The position numbers and the translations under genes are program-made. Under the pieces are notes generated by a model. It was not told where the DNA came from. It worked only from the letters and a program-made list of their open reading frames with translations, and did no database searches. 64,000 bases of DNA from Escherichia coli (GTDB lineage Bacteria > Pseudomonadota > Gammaproteobacteria > Enterobacterales > Enterobacteriaceae). Below, one piece after another: positions 1-12,208 of the stretch; the first letter of the stretch is position 1, and the number at the start of each line of letters is the position of its first letter. The stretch lies in assembly GCF_030384885.1 (NCBI RefSeq), contig NZ_CP128613.1; one strand, given 5' to 3'.

Positions 1-255
1 GATAATTTCTGGCAGTTCGAACGTCAGCGCATCATCGACCCATTGCCAGACTTCGCCGTTATCTTCCGTAAAACGCATCCGCAGCGTATCTGCTTGCGCT
101 AATCCGGCAACCACCGCGCGAGCCAGTAATGGCGCATCAACATCTCCGGTTAACTCAACGTAATGCGCCACGCTCCAGGCGGAGGGTAAATCCGACAGTT
201 TTTCTGCCATCCAGATGCCGGGCTGTGCGGCAACTAAAGGTAAATGCTGGCTCAT
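1..255 (-). CDS. entF: Enterobactin synthase component F, N-terminal part (gene runs off window start)
   Basis: Minus-strand translation from the ATG at 253-255 reads MSQHLPLVAAQPGIWMAEKLSDLPS...LTFELPEIID, recognised as the EntF N-terminus; start overlaps the ybdZ stop (ATGA). Confidence 0.85.
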   Translation of the reverse strand, partial: MSQHLPLVAAQPGIWMAEKLSDLPSAWSVAHYVELTGDVDAPLLARAVVAGLAQADTLRMRFTEDNGEVWQWVDDALTFELPEII

Positions 256-470
256 TGCGCCTCCTGCTGCTGGATGAAATTCGCCGGTGTCAGAGTACGC
301 CAGTGGGCGTCCAGCCACTGCTGGCAGGACGCCTGTGACTGCGGCTGACACACAACATCCCAGCCTGCCGGTAAGGCGCACTGTTGCGGCCACAGACTGA
401 ATTGCCCCTGCGCATTGCGTAAAATGTAAAACACGCCCTGCGGATCATCGAAGGGATTACTGAATGCCAT
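252..470 (-). CDS. ybdZ: MbtH-like protein YbdZ
   Basis: ORF track 252..476 (-); MAFSNPFDDPQGVFYILRNAQGQFSLWP... matches YbdZ; start taken at the MAFS methionine. Confidence 0.85.
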   Translation of the reverse strand: MAFSNPFDDPQGVFYILRNAQGQFSLWPQQCALPAGWDVVCQPQSQASCQQWLDAHWRTLTPANFIQQQEAQ

Positions 471-472
471 AT

Positions 473-1675
473 TCAACTCCTGTCATGGAAAAGTGGTTGC
501 CAGAGGTCGATTAGCCCCTGCATCAAGCCACCGCGCCAACAAAGCGCATCATGTCCGCCGTCAACCTGACGCCAGAAAATGGATTCTTTTAGGGGGGTTA
601 ATTGCGCATACAGCGCCTGATTGGCCCGCATGATCATCGGCTCGCGAATACCTGCTTCCAGCACAATGCGCAGACCTTCGGCGCTAACTTCACCAGCTTT
701 GAGCTGTTCAAGTAACACGCCCTCTTGCTGCCCGCCCCGATGCGGCCACCAGTACGATCCCGACTGGCTTAATACACAGCCAAAGCGTTCAGGCCAGCGC
801 AGTCCGGCATACAGCGCGGAAAGTCCACCAAAACTCTGCCCTGCGACCACGGAGCGATCGGCGCGATCGCTAAAGGGGGCGATAGTTTTCACCTGGGGTA
901 ATAACTCTTGCTGTACTGCCAGCCAGAAATCCGCATTACATGGCAGTTCGTGGGCACGTTGCGTGGTGTCGATAGCGTCGATCAACACGTACACGGCGGG
1001 AGGAAGTTGCTGACGATGGGTCAACGAAGTCAGCACAGGCCAGACGGGCATACTCTGCGCCCAAAATTCGCCATCAAGTAAAACTGCCAGCGGACGTTCT
1101 TCTGCTGTTGCATCGCCGGTGGTAAAAATCCATACACGGCGTGAATTTTTCAACCGTTCACTTTTCCAGATAATTTCTTTGGCAGGCGTTTCTGGCGCTT
1201 GCGGACAATCCCATCCTGGTTGCAGGGGCGCTTGCGGCATTTCGAGTGCAGAAACAGCGTGCCCTCGCCCGCCTTTCCAGCTTTGTGGATTTAGCGGATC
1301 GGCTATCGCCTGGGGTAATAGTTTTCGCCAGCCTTCGCGCAATTCGAGGCGATCAGGTGATGGTGCAGAAAAAATGTCATCACGTTCGGTAGGAATAAAA
1401 CAGTAGCTGCCGCGCCAGTTGGCATTGAGTTGTGTCGTCCACTGCCAGACATCGGTCCCTGCAATTCGCTGCATCGACTGGGGCTGGCTGTTCCGATGGT
1501 GATCGGTCACGCCAGTGATATAGACCCATACGCGCTTTATCGTCGAGTGGTCTTCAGAACCTTGTGGATCACGCCACCAGAAAGTGACCTGATACATTTC
1601 GTCATTCAGACGCTGACATTCCGGGCCATGTTTCGACTGCCACCAGCTCTCACTTCCTACTTTTAACGCCATCAC
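473..1675 (-). CDS. fes: Enterochelin (ferric enterobactin) esterase
   Basis: 400-aa ORF recognised as Fes; divergent from fepA as in E. coli. Confidence 0.9.
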   Translation of the reverse strand: MMALKVGSESWWQSKHGPECQRLNDEMYQVTFWWRDPQGSEDHSTIKRVWVYITGVTDHHRNSQPQSMQRIAGTDVWQWTTQLNANWRGSYCFIPTERDDIFSAPSPDRLELREGWRKLLPQAIADPLNPQSWKGGRGHAVSALEMPQAPLQPGWDCPQAPETPAKEIIWKSERLKNSRRVWIFTTGDATAEERPLAVLLDGEFWAQSMPVWPVLTSLTHRQQLPPAVYVLIDAIDTTQRAHELPCNADFWLAVQQELLPQVKTIAPFSDRADRSVVAGQSFGGLSALYAGLRWPERFGCVLSQSGSYWWPHRGGQQEGVLLEQLKAGEVSAEGLRIVLEAGIREPMIMRANQALYAQLTPLKESIFWRQVDGGHDALCWRGGLMQGLIDLWQPLFHDRS

Positions 1676-1722
1676 ACCATAACCCCATGTTTACTGTGCA
1701 ATTTTTCATTGATTGCAGAAAT

Positions 1723-1762
1723 ATATTGATAATATTATTGATAACTATTTGCATTTGCAATA
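1723..1762. promoter_or_regulatory. Candidate Fur boxes in the divergent fes-fepA promoter region
   Basis: AT-rich TGATAATATTATTGATAACTATTTGCATTTGC resembles the GATAATGATAATCATTATC Fur consensus; sits between two iron-regulated genes. Confidence 0.5.
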
Positions 1763-1917
1763 GCGTAATGGCGCGCCGTGGGAAGCGCGGACATTAATTA
1801 ACCAACTGCACTGCGTGTCTTTCAGGATCAAAGGTTTTCGCGGTAGCGGGATACGTCGTATTGATGACGACTACGCCCGACAGTTGCAATTCGTGGCAAA
1901 AATGCAGGAATAAAACA

Positions 1918-4158
1918 ATGAACAAGAAGATTCATTCCCTGGCCTTGTTGGTCAATCTGGGGATTTATGGGGTAGCGCAGGCACAAGAGCCAACCGATAC
2001 TCCTGTTTCACATGACGATACTATTGTCGTTACCGCCGCCGAGCAGAACTTGCAGGCGCCTGGCGTTTCGACCATCACCGCAGATGAAATCCGCAAAAAC
2101 CCGGTTGCCCGCGATGTATCGGAGATCATTCGTACCATGCCTGGCGTTAATCTGACAGGTAACTCCACCAGTGGTCAGCGTGGTAATAACCGCCAGATTG
2201 ATATTCGCGGCATGGGTCCGGAAAACACGCTGATTTTGATTGACGGTAAGCCTGTCAGCAGCCGTAACTCGGTGCGTCAGGGCTGGCGTGGCGAGCGTGA
2301 TACCCGTGGTGATACCTCCTGGGTGCCGCCTGAAATGATTGAACGTATTGAAGTTCTGCGTGGTCCGGCAGCTGCGCGTTATGGCAACGGCGCGGCGGGC
2401 GGCGTGGTTAACATCATTACCAAAAAAGGCAGCGGCGAGTGGCACGGCTCATGGGATGCTTATTTCAATGCGCCAGAGCATAAAGAGGAAGGTGCCACCA
2501 AACGCACCAACTTCAGCTTGACCGGTCCGCTGGGCGACGAATTCAGCTTCCGTTTATATGGCAACCTCGACAAAACTCAGGCTGATGCATGGGATATTAA
2601 CCAGGGCCATCAGTCAGCGCGTGCCGGAACGTATGCCACGACGTTACCAGCCGGGCGCGAAGGGGTGATCAACAAAGATATCAATGGCGTGGTGCGTTGG
2701 GACTTCGCCCCTATGCAATCACTCGAACTTGAAGCGGGCTACAGCCGCCAGGGTAACCTGTATGCAGGTGATACCCAAAACACCAACTCCGATTCCTATA
2801 CGCGCTCGAAATATGGCGATGAAACCAACCGCCTGTATCGCCAGAACTACTCGCTGACCTGGAACGGTGGCTGGGATAACGGCGTGACCACCAGCAATTG
2901 GGTGCAGTACGAACACACCCGTAACTCGCGTATACCGGAAGGTTTGGCGGGCGGCACCGAAGGGAAATTTAACGAAAAAGCGACACAAGATTTCGTCGAT
3001 ATCGATCTTGATGACGTGATGTTGCACAGCGAAGTTAACCTGCCGATTGATTTCCTCGTTAACCAGACGCTGACGCTGGGGACTGAGTGGAATCAGCAGC
3101 GGATGAAGGACTTAAGTTCCAACACCCAGGCGCTGACCGGAACGAATACCGGCGGTGCTATTGATGGTGTGAGTGCCACCGACCGTAGCCCATATTCAAA
3201 GGCAGAAATTTTCTCGCTATTTGCCGAAAACAACATGGAGCTGACTGACAGCACCATCGTAACGCCGGGGCTGCGTTTCGATCATCACAGCATTGTCGGC
3301 AATAACTGGAGTCCGGCGCTGAATATATCGCAAGGTTTAGGCGATGACTTCACGCTGAAAATGGGCATCGCCCGTGCTTATAAAGCGCCGAGCCTGTACC
3401 AGACTAACCCGAACTACATTCTCTACAGTAAAGGTCAGGGCTGCTATGCCAGCGCGGGCGGCTGCTATCTGCAAGGTAATGATGACCTGAAAGCGGAAAC
3501 CAGCATCAACAAAGAGATTGGTCTGGAGTTCAAACGCGACGGCTGGCTGGCGGGCGTCACCTGGTTCCGTAACGATTATCGCAATAAGATTGAAGCGGGC
3601 TATGTGGCTGTAGGGCAAAACGCAGTCGGCACCGATCTCTATCAGTGGGATAACGTGCCGAAAGCGGTGGTTGAAGGTCTGGAAGGATCGTTAAACGTAC
3701 CGGTTAGCGAAACGGTGATGTGGACCAATAACATCACTTATATGCTGAAGAGTGAAAACAAAACCACGGGCGACCGTTTGTCGATCATCCCGGAGTATAC
3801 GTTGAACTCAACGCTGAGCTGGCAGGCGCGGGAAGATTTGTCGATGCAAACGACCTTCACCTGGTACGGCAAGCAGCAGCCGAAGAAGTACAACTATAAA
3901 GGCCAGCCAGCGGTTGGACCGGAAACCAAAGAAATTAGCCCTTACAGCATTGTTGGCCTGAGCGCGACCTGGGATGTGACGAAGAATGTCAGTCTGACCG
4001 GCGGCGTGGACAACCTGTTCGACAAGCGTTTGTGGCGTGCGGGTAATGCCCAGACCACGGGCGATTTGGCAGGAGCCAACTATATCGCGGGTGCCGGCGC
4101 GTATACCTATAACGAGCCGGGACGTACGTGGTATATGAGCGTAAACACTCACTTCTGA
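1918..4158 (+). CDS. fepA: TonB-dependent ferrienterobactin outer-membrane receptor
   Basis: ORF track 1861..4158; start placed at MNKKIHSLALLVNLGIYGVAQA (signal peptide), giving 746 aa; ends with the C-terminal aromatic residue typical of TonB-dependent receptors. Confidence 0.9.
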   Translation: MNKKIHSLALLVNLGIYGVAQAQEPTDTPVSHDDTIVVTAAEQNLQAPGVSTITADEIRKNPVARDVSEIIRTMPGVNLTGNSTSGQRGNNRQIDIRGMGPENTLILIDGKPVSSRNSVRQGWRGERDTRGDTSWVPPEMIERIEVLRGPAAARYGNGAAGGVVNIITKKGSGEWHGSWDAYFNAPEHKEEGATKRTNFSLTGPLGDEFSFRLYGNLDKTQADAWDINQGHQSARAGTYATTLPAGREGVINKDINGVVRWDFAPMQSLELEAGYSRQGNLYAGDTQNTNSDSYTRSKYGDETNRLYRQNYSLTWNGGWDNGVTTSNWVQYEHTRNSRIPEGLAGGTEGKFNEKATQDFVDIDLDDVMLHSEVNLPIDFLVNQTLTLGTEWNQQRMKDLSSNTQALTGTNTGGAIDGVSATDRSPYSKAEIFSLFAENNMELTDSTIVTPGLRFDHHSIVGNNWSPALNISQGLGDDFTLKMGIARAYKAPSLYQTNPNYILYSKGQGCYASAGGCYLQGNDDLKAETSINKEIGLEFKRDGWLAGVTWFRNDYRNKIEAGYVAVGQNAVGTDLYQWDNVPKAVVEGLEGSLNVPVSETVMWTNNITYMLKSENKTTGDRLSIIPEYTLNSTLSWQAREDLSMQTTFTWYGKQQPKKYNYKGQPAVGPETKEISPYSIVGLSATWDVTKNVSLTGGVDNLFDKRLWRAGNAQTTGDLAGANYIAGAGAYTYNEPGRTWYMSVNTHF

Positions 4159-4197
4159 TGCTAACGTCAGATTGTTGACAAAGTGCGCGTCGTTCAT

Positions 4198-4295
4198 GCC
4201 GGATGCGGCGTGAACGCCTTATCCGGCCTACAAAAATCTTGCCAATTCAATATATTGCAGGATAGTGTAGGCCTGATAAGCGTAGCGCATCAGGC
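4198..4295. repeat. REP/BIME element (inverted pair of REP palindromes)
   Basis: GCCGGATGCGGCGTGAACGCCTTATCCGGCCTAC at 4198-4231 and its inverted partner GTAGGCCTGATAAGCGTAGCGCATCAGGC at 4267-4295. Confidence 0.6.
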
Positions 4296-4323
4296 AGTTT
4301 TGCGTTTGTCATCAGTCTCTAAT

Positions 4324-4953
4324 ATGGTCGATATGAAAACTACGCATACCTCCCTCCCCTTTGCCGGACATACGCTGCATTTTGTTGAGTTCGATCCAGC
4401 AAGTTTTCACGAACAGGATTTACTCTGGCTGCCGCACTACGCTCAACTGCAACACACTGGACAGAAACGCAAAACAGAGCATTTAGCCGGACGGATCGCT
4501 GCTGTTTATGCCTTGCGGGAATGTGGCCTTAAATGTGTGCCCGCAATCGGCGATCTACGCCAACCTATGTGGCCTGCGGGGGTATTTGGCAGTATCAGCC
4601 ACTGCGGGACTACGGCATTGGCAGTGGTATCCCGTCAACCCATTGGCATTGATATCGAAGAGATTTTCTCTGTACAAACCGCAAGAGAATTGACAGACAA
4701 CATTATTACACCAGCAGAACACGAGCGACTCGCAGAATGCGGTTTAACCTTTTCTCTGGCGCTGACACTGGCATTTTCCGCCAAAGAGAGCGCATTTAAG
4801 GCAAGCAAGATACAGGCCGCTCAAGGTTTTCTGGATTATCAGATAATTAGCTGGAATAAACAGCAGATCATCATTCGACTAGAGGATGAGCAGTTTGCTG
4901 TGCACTGGCAGATAAAAGAAAAAATAGTCATAACGCTGTGCCAACACGATTAA
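4324..4953 (+). CDS. entD: Phosphopantetheinyl transferase EntD
   Basis: ORF track 4183..4953 contains MVDMKTTHTSLPFAGHTLHFVEFDP... recognised as EntD; start set at the first ATG after the REP element (the alternative ATG is at 4333). Confidence 0.85.
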   Translation: MVDMKTTHTSLPFAGHTLHFVEFDPASFHEQDLLWLPHYAQLQHTGQKRKTEHLAGRIAAVYALRECGLKCVPAIGDLRQPMWPAGVFGSISHCGTTALAVVSRQPIGIDIEEIFSVQTARELTDNIITPAEHERLAECGLTFSLALTLAFSAKESAFKASKIQAAQGFLDYQIISWNKQQIIIRLEDEQFAVHWQIKEKIVITLCQHD

Positions 4954-5074
4954 TTGACAACATCTGGTACGATTCGCCCGCAGCCATCACTGACCACGGG
5001 CGAAAGTGTAAAGCAGGTGCCTTACCATCCTGACCTGACAACCGGATATGCGGGGATTACTCCCCGCACAACGG

Positions 5075-5227
5075 CTACTTCTTCGGTTCGTAAGCGAGAA
5101 CAGCCCTGAACTCAATATTACGTTCCTTTACGGTGAACTCACACAGCGAGTCGCCGACCAGAAGCGTAAATCCCAGCACTGTCAAACACAGCACTATGAC
5201 CGCCACAAGGGCATATTTCGTCAGCAT
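5075..5227 (-). CDS. hokE: Hok-family small membrane toxin, copy 1
   Basis: Last 50 codons of ORF 5075..5371 (-): [53 protein letters not shown] at 5225-5227. In this copy the upstream mok frame is fused to hok by a 1-nt deletion. Confidence 0.7.
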   Translation of the reverse strand: MLTKYALVAVIVLCLTVLGFTLLVGDSLCEFTVKERNIEFRAVLAYEPKK

Positions 5228-5576
5228 GTTTATATTGCCTCCATGCGAAGAAGGGACTACCATCCAAATTGTCTGGTTTGGAGTGGCGGCCCCAGGGTTG
5301 ATAGAAATATCTCCTGGGGCTTCATCTTTCCAGACCTCAGAGTTAACCTGAAACCGGAAAGCTTCAGGCACCCGCCGTTATCTTACCCTTCCTTAGCAAA
5401 ATGGCTGTTTATTTATACAGTAAATCCTGTTCCGGACTTTTCATTAGTATTATCGCCCATGCCAGTTAAACGAAATCGCCCGCAGCCATTGCTGACCGCG
5501 GGCGAAAATGTAAAGCAGGTGCCTTACCATCCTGACCTGACAACCGGATATGCGGGGATTACTCCCCGCACAACGG

Positions 5577-5729
5577 CTACTTCTTCGGTTCGTAAGCGAG
5601 AACAGCCCTGAACTCAATATTACGTTCCTTTACGGTGAACTCACACAGCGAGTCGCCGACCAGAAGCGTAAATCCCAGCACTGTCAAACACAGCACTATG
5701 ACCGCCACAAGGGCATATTTCGTCAGCAT
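5577..5729 (-). CDS. hokE: Hok-family small membrane toxin, copy 2
   Basis: Identical 50-aa Hok; ATG at 5727-5729. Confidence 0.7.
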   Translation of the reverse strand: MLTKYALVAVIVLCLTVLGFTLLVGDSLCEFTVKERNIEFRAVLAYEPKK

Positions 5730-5874
5730 GTTTATATTGCCTCCATGCGAAGAAGGGACTACCATCCGAGTTGTTGAGGTTCGGAGTGGCAGCCCCAGGG
5801 TTGATAGAAATATCTCCTGGGGCTTCATCTTTCCAGACCTCAGAGTAAACCTGAAACCGGAAAGCTTCAGGCAC
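5641..5874 (-). CDS. mok-like ORF overlapping hok copy 2 in a different frame
   Basis: 77-aa ORF in the track whose 3' end overlaps the hok start, as expected for mok in hok/sok loci. Confidence 0.45.
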   Translation of the reverse strand: MPEAFRFQVYSEVWKDEAPGDISINPGAATPNLNNSDGSPFFAWRQYKHADEICPCGGHSAVFDSAGIYASGRRLAV

Positions 5875-6079
5875 CCGCCGTTATCTTACCCTTCCTTAGC
5901 AAAATAGCTGTTTATTTATACAGTAAATCCTGTTTCGGACTTCTGTTGGCAAAACTGATCATTGCCCTTAAAACGACATCGCCCGCAGCCATCACTGACC
6001 GCGGGCGAAAGTGTAAAGCAGATGCCTTACCATCCTGACCTGACAACCGGATATGCGGGGATTGCTCCCCGCACAACGG

Positions 6080-6232
6080 CTACTTCTTCGGTTCGTAAGC
6101 GAGAACAGCCTTAAACTCAATATTACGTTCCTTCACCGTAAACTCACACAGCGAGTCTCCGACCAGAAGCGTAAATCCCAGCACCGTCAAACACAGCACT
6201 ATGACTGCCACAAGGGCATATTTCGTCAGCAT
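6080..6232 (-). CDS. hokE: Hok-family small membrane toxin, copy 3 (one R-to-K substitution)
   Basis: [53 protein letters not shown] at 6230-6232. Confidence 0.7.
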   Translation of the reverse strand: MLTKYALVAVIVLCLTVLGFTLLVGDSLCEFTVKERNIEFKAVLAYEPKK

Positions 6233-6377
6233 GTTTATATTGCCTCCATGCGAAGAAGGGACTACCATCCAAATTGTTCGGGTTTGGAGTGGCAGCCCCA
6301 GGGTTGATAGAAATATCTCCTGGGGCTTCATCTTTCCAGTCCTCAGAGTAAACCTGAAACCGGAAAGCTTCAGGCAC
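6144..6377 (-). CDS. mok-like ORF overlapping hok copy 3
   Basis: 77-aa ORF in the track, same arrangement as in copy 2. Confidence 0.45.
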   Translation of the reverse strand: MPEAFRFQVYSEDWKDEAPGDISINPGAATPNPNNLDGSPFFAWRQYKHADEICPCGSHSAVFDGAGIYASGRRLAV

Positions 6378-6673
6378 CCGCCGTTATCTTACCCTTCCTT
6401 AGCAAAATGGCTGTTTATTTATACAGTTGGTCTTATTTCGGACTTCTCACTACGCATTAGATCAACCGAAACTAAGCCAGTTTTTCCTTCGCCCCTCAAT
6501 CGTCAAAATTCTCCGCCGCCAGCCAGCTCTGCCATAACTTGGCACATTGCAAAAGTAGCCAAACTTCTTCAGTCACAATCAGTTCACCATCTCCAAAAAA
6601 AGAAATATTCCAGAACTTCCGCATCTCCCCCGGCCGCTCCCACTTCTATACTGAAATGAAAACGCCAACATAA

Positions 6674-7801
<1,128 letters not shown>

Positions 7802-7866
7802 GTCGGGAATTGCCTTACAGAAGAATATCCCTGACAATGGTGTTTTAACTTACATTTAACAATGTT

Positions 7867-8115
7867 ATGAAACACCCTTTAGAAACCTTAACCACCGCAG
7901 CAGGCATTTTGCTGATGGCTTTCCTCTCTTGCCTGCTGCTGCCCGCCCCCGCACTGGGACTGACGCTGGCACAAAAACTGGTGAACACGTTCCATCTGAT
8001 GGATCTTAGCCAGCTTTACACTTTATTGTTTTGCCTGTGGTTTTTAGTGCTGGGCGCAATTGAGTATTTTGTTCTGCGCTTTATCTGGCGACGCTGGTTC
8101 TCTGCGGCGGACTAA
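7867..8115 (+). CDS. ybdJ: Small inner-membrane protein YbdJ
   Basis: 82-aa hydrophobic ORF at the expected position between ybdK and ybdF. Confidence 0.75.
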   Translation: MKHPLETLTTAAGILLMAFLSCLLLPAPALGLTLAQKLVNTFHLMDLSQLYTLLFCLWFLVLGAIEYFVLRFIWRRWFSAAD

Positions 8116-8179
8116 ACGTCGATTATCACCGTACTTCACGGCATACTTTGCTTATTCTCCTTCGCCTAAAGGAACGTTT

Positions 8180-8548
8180 ATGGATAAGCAATCACTGCAC
8201 GAAACGGCGAAACGCCTGGCCCTTGAGTTACCCTTTGTCGAGCTTTGCTGGCCTTTTGGCCCGGAGTTCGATGTCTTTAAAGTTGGCGGCAAGATTTTTA
8301 TGCTGTCGTCGGAGCTGCGCGGCGTCCCCTTTATCAATTTGAAGTCCGATCCACAAAAATCCCTGTTAAATCAGCAGATATACCCGAGCATTAAGCCAGG
8401 GTATCACATGAATAAGAAGCACTGGATTTCAGTGTATCCCGGCGAGGAAATCTCCGAAGCGTTACTTAGCGATCTGATCAACGATTCGTGGAATCTGGTG
8501 GTTGATGGCTTATCTAAACGCGATCAAAAAAGAGTGCGCCCAGACTAA
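8180..8548 (+). CDS. ybdF: Uncharacterised protein YbdF
   Basis: ORF track 8060..8548; start placed at [21 protein letters not shown] (122 aa). Confidence 0.8.
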   Translation: MDKQSLHETAKRLALELPFVELCWPFGPEFDVFKVGGKIFMLSSELRGVPFINLKSDPQKSLLNQQIYPSIKPGYHMNKKHWISVYPGEEISEALLSDLINDSWNLVVDGLSKRDQKRVRPD

Positions 8549-8642
8549 AAGCGAAAATCTATAGCGCATTTTTCTCGCTTACCATTTCTCGTTGAACCTT
8601 GTAATCTGCTGGCACGCAAAATTACTTACACATGGAGTCTTT

Positions 8643-9296
8643 ATGGATATCATTTCTGTCGCCTTAAAGCGTCATTCCACTAAGGCATTTGATGCCAGCA
8701 AAAAACTTACCCCGGAACAGGCCGAGCAGATCAAAACGCTGCTGCAGTACAGCCCATCCAGCACCAACTCCCAGCCGTGGCATTTTATTGTTGCCAGCAC
8801 GGAAGAAGGCAAAGCGCGTGTTGCCAAATCCGCTGCCGATAATTACGTGTTCAACGAGCGCAAAATGCTTGATGCCTCGCACGTCGTGGTGTTCTGCGCG
8901 AAAACCGCGATGGACGATGCCTGGCTGAAACAGGTTGTTGACCAGGAAGATGCCGATGGCCGCTTTGCCACGCAGGAAGCGAAAGCCGCGAACGATAAAG
9001 GTCGCAAATTCTTCGCCGATATGCACCGTAAAGATCTGCAAGATGATGCTGAGTGGATGGCAAAACAGGTTTACCTCAACGTCGGTAACTTCCTGCTGGG
9101 CGTTGCGGCGCTGGGTCTGGACGCGGTACCCATCGAAGGTTTTGACGCCGCAATCCTCGATGAAGAATTCGGTTTGAAAGAGAAAGGCTACACCAGCCTG
9201 GTGGTGGTTCCAGTGGGCCATCATAGCGTAGAGGATTTTAACGCGACTCTGCCGAAATCTCGTCTGCCGCAAAGTATCACCTTAACCGAAGTGTAA
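8643..9296 (+). CDS. nfsB: Oxygen-insensitive NAD(P)H nitroreductase
   Basis: ORF track 8592..9296; [26 protein letters not shown]... recognised as NfsB (217 aa); hairpin GCCGGGCATCCGCCCGGC follows the stop. Confidence 0.9.
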   Translation: MDIISVALKRHSTKAFDASKKLTPEQAEQIKTLLQYSPSSTNSQPWHFIVASTEEGKARVAKSAADNYVFNERKMLDASHVVVFCAKTAMDDAWLKQVVDQEDADGRFATQEAKAANDKGRKFFADMHRKDLQDDAEWMAKQVYLNVGNFLLGVAALGLDAVPIEGFDAAILDEEFGLKEKGYTSLVVVPVGHHSVEDFNATLPKSRLPQSITLTEV

Positions 9297-9355
9297 TTCT
9301 CCTTTGCCGGGCATCCGCCCGGCTATTTCCCCTCAGATTATCCTGATTTGCATAA

Positions 9356-10651
<1,296 letters not shown>

Positions 10652-10652
10652 T

Positions 10653-10690
10653 TAAAAAACCGCTCTCATCGAATGGATGAGAGCGGTTTA
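10653..10690. terminator. Rho-independent terminator, probably bidirectional, between ybdG and pheP
   Basis: Hairpin CCGCTCTCATCGAATGGATGAGAGCGG (10660-10686) flanked by an A-run upstream and TTT downstream. Confidence 0.6.
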
Positions 10691-10730
10691 GGATGGTTGA
10701 CATCGTTTTGTCGGATGTAGCGTGAACGCC

Positions 10731-12107
10731 TTATTTCCGACGCAGCGTTTTAAACGCCACAAACAGGAATACAATCCACACCGGCAGCAAAATTGCCGAC
10801 AAGCGCATATCATCCAACGTGCACATCAGCAGCAAAATCATGCCGAGGAAGGCAATGCAGAGATAGTTGCCGAACGGATAGAGCAGCGCTTTAAACTGTG
10901 TTTCTCGCCCCTGACGTCGCATCGCCGCGCGAAAACGCAGATGCGCCAGACAGATCATAATCCAGTTCAACAGCAGCGTTGCCACCACCAGCGCCATCAG
11001 CAGACCAAACGCTTTTTGCGGCAGCAGATAGTTGATCAGCACCACCAGCGAAGTGATAGCCCCAGAAAGCATCAGCGAGTTAATCGGCACGCCGCGACGG
11101 CTGACGCGAGTCAAAAACTTCGGCGCATTACCCTGCACAGAAAGGCCAAACAGCATGCGGCTGTTGGAATAAACCCCACTGTTATAGACCGACAACGATG
11201 CCACCAGAATGACGAAGTTCAGCGCAGAAGCCACCACATTGCTGTCAAGATTATGGAAAATCATCACAAACGGGCTACTGTTAGATTTCACTTCCACCCA
11301 CGGATAGAGCGCCAGTAAAACCACCAGTGAACCGATATAAAACAGCAGGATGCGATAAACCACCTGATTTACCGCTTTTGGAATACTTTTTTCCGGATCG
11401 CGCGCTTCAGCGGCAGTAATCCCAATCAGCTCCAGCCCGCCGAAGGAAAACATGATCACCGCCAGGGACAAAATCAGCCCATTCCAGCCCGTGGCGAAGA
11501 AACCACCGTAGCGCCAGAGGTTGTCGATACTGGCTTTCTCACCGCCGTGACCAGAAAACAGCAGCCACAGGCCAAAGCCGATCATACCGATGATCGCCAA
11601 CACTTTAATCAGCGCAAACCAGAACTCAGTTTCGCCATATAAGCGCACGTTCACCAGGTTAACAGCATTGATGATAATAAAGAAGGCGGCAGCCCAGATC
11701 CACGTTGGAACATCCGGGAACCAGTACTGCATATAGATGCCCGCAGCGGTCAGCTCAGCCATCCCCACCAGTACGAACATCACCCAGTAGTTCCAGCCTG
11801 AGAGGAAGCCCGCAAACGGTCCCCAGTATTTATAGGCAAAGTGGGCAAACGAACCGGATACCGGCTCCTCAACCACCATCTCGCCAAGCTGGCGCATAAT
11901 CAGGAAAGCAATGATCCCGGCGACGCCGTAGCCCAACAATACAGCCGGACCTGCCATCTGAATCGCCGGGCCAATGCCAAGAAACAGACCAGTACCAATA
12001 GCGCCACCCAGCGCAATCAGTTGAATATGACGGTTATGTAATCCGCGATGAAGCGTCGGCTCTTTATTCGACGCAGTATCTTCCGATACGGTTGACGCGT
12101 TTTTCAC
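10731..12107 (-). CDS. pheP: Phenylalanine-specific permease
   Basis: ORF track 10731..12143; start assigned to the GTG (revcomp CAC at 12105-12107) giving (M)KNASTVSEDTASNKEPTLHRGLHNRHIQLIALGGA..., 458 aa. Confidence 0.9.
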   Translation of the reverse strand: MKNASTVSEDTASNKEPTLHRGLHNRHIQLIALGGAIGTGLFLGIGPAIQMAGPAVLLGYGVAGIIAFLIMRQLGEMVVEEPVSGSFAHFAYKYWGPFAGFLSGWNYWVMFVLVGMAELTAAGIYMQYWFPDVPTWIWAAAFFIIINAVNLVNVRLYGETEFWFALIKVLAIIGMIGFGLWLLFSGHGGEKASIDNLWRYGGFFATGWNGLILSLAVIMFSFGGLELIGITAAEARDPEKSIPKAVNQVVYRILLFYIGSLVVLLALYPWVEVKSNSSPFVMIFHNLDSNVVASALNFVILVASLSVYNSGVYSNSRMLFGLSVQGNAPKFLTRVSRRGVPINSLMLSGAITSLVVLINYLLPQKAFGLLMALVVATLLLNWIMICLAHLRFRAAMRRQGRETQFKALLYPFGNYLCIAFLGMILLLMCTLDDMRLSAILLPVWIVFLFVAFKTLRRK

Positions 12108-12208
12108 GCCTTTCCCCTGTGTGTCTTTTTTGTTGAGGGGCACCTTTTAACATTTAGTGCCCATCGTCGCAAGACACAATCCACGCGGTTAAACCGGGTA
12201 TCCTGCTT

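Larger units (their letters stand above)
4961..6450. repeat. Tandem triplication of a ~502-bp hok/mok (type I toxin-antitoxin) unit
   Basis: Unit anchor CGCCCGCAGCCAT recurs at 4975, 5477 and 5980 (period 502/503 bp); the same Hok ORF is present three times on the minus strand. Confidence 0.75.

Noticed and set aside
5048..6307. Plus-strand ORFs repeated in each hok unit ([19 protein letters not shown]... and [14 protein letters not shown]...)
   Set aside because: They are antisense to hok/mok, differ in length between copies because of indels, and have no start context; any plus-strand product here is more likely the short non-coding Sok antisense RNA.
6201..6659. 152-aa plus-strand ORF between the hok array and ybdK
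   Set aside because: It starts inside hok unit 3 antisense to hok and runs through non-coding sequence; no ribosome-binding site or recognisable product.
10722..11318. 198-aa plus-strand ORF antisense to pheP
   Set aside because: It is inside the pheP CDS and its translation is H/Q/R-rich with no recognisable fold; shadow ORF.
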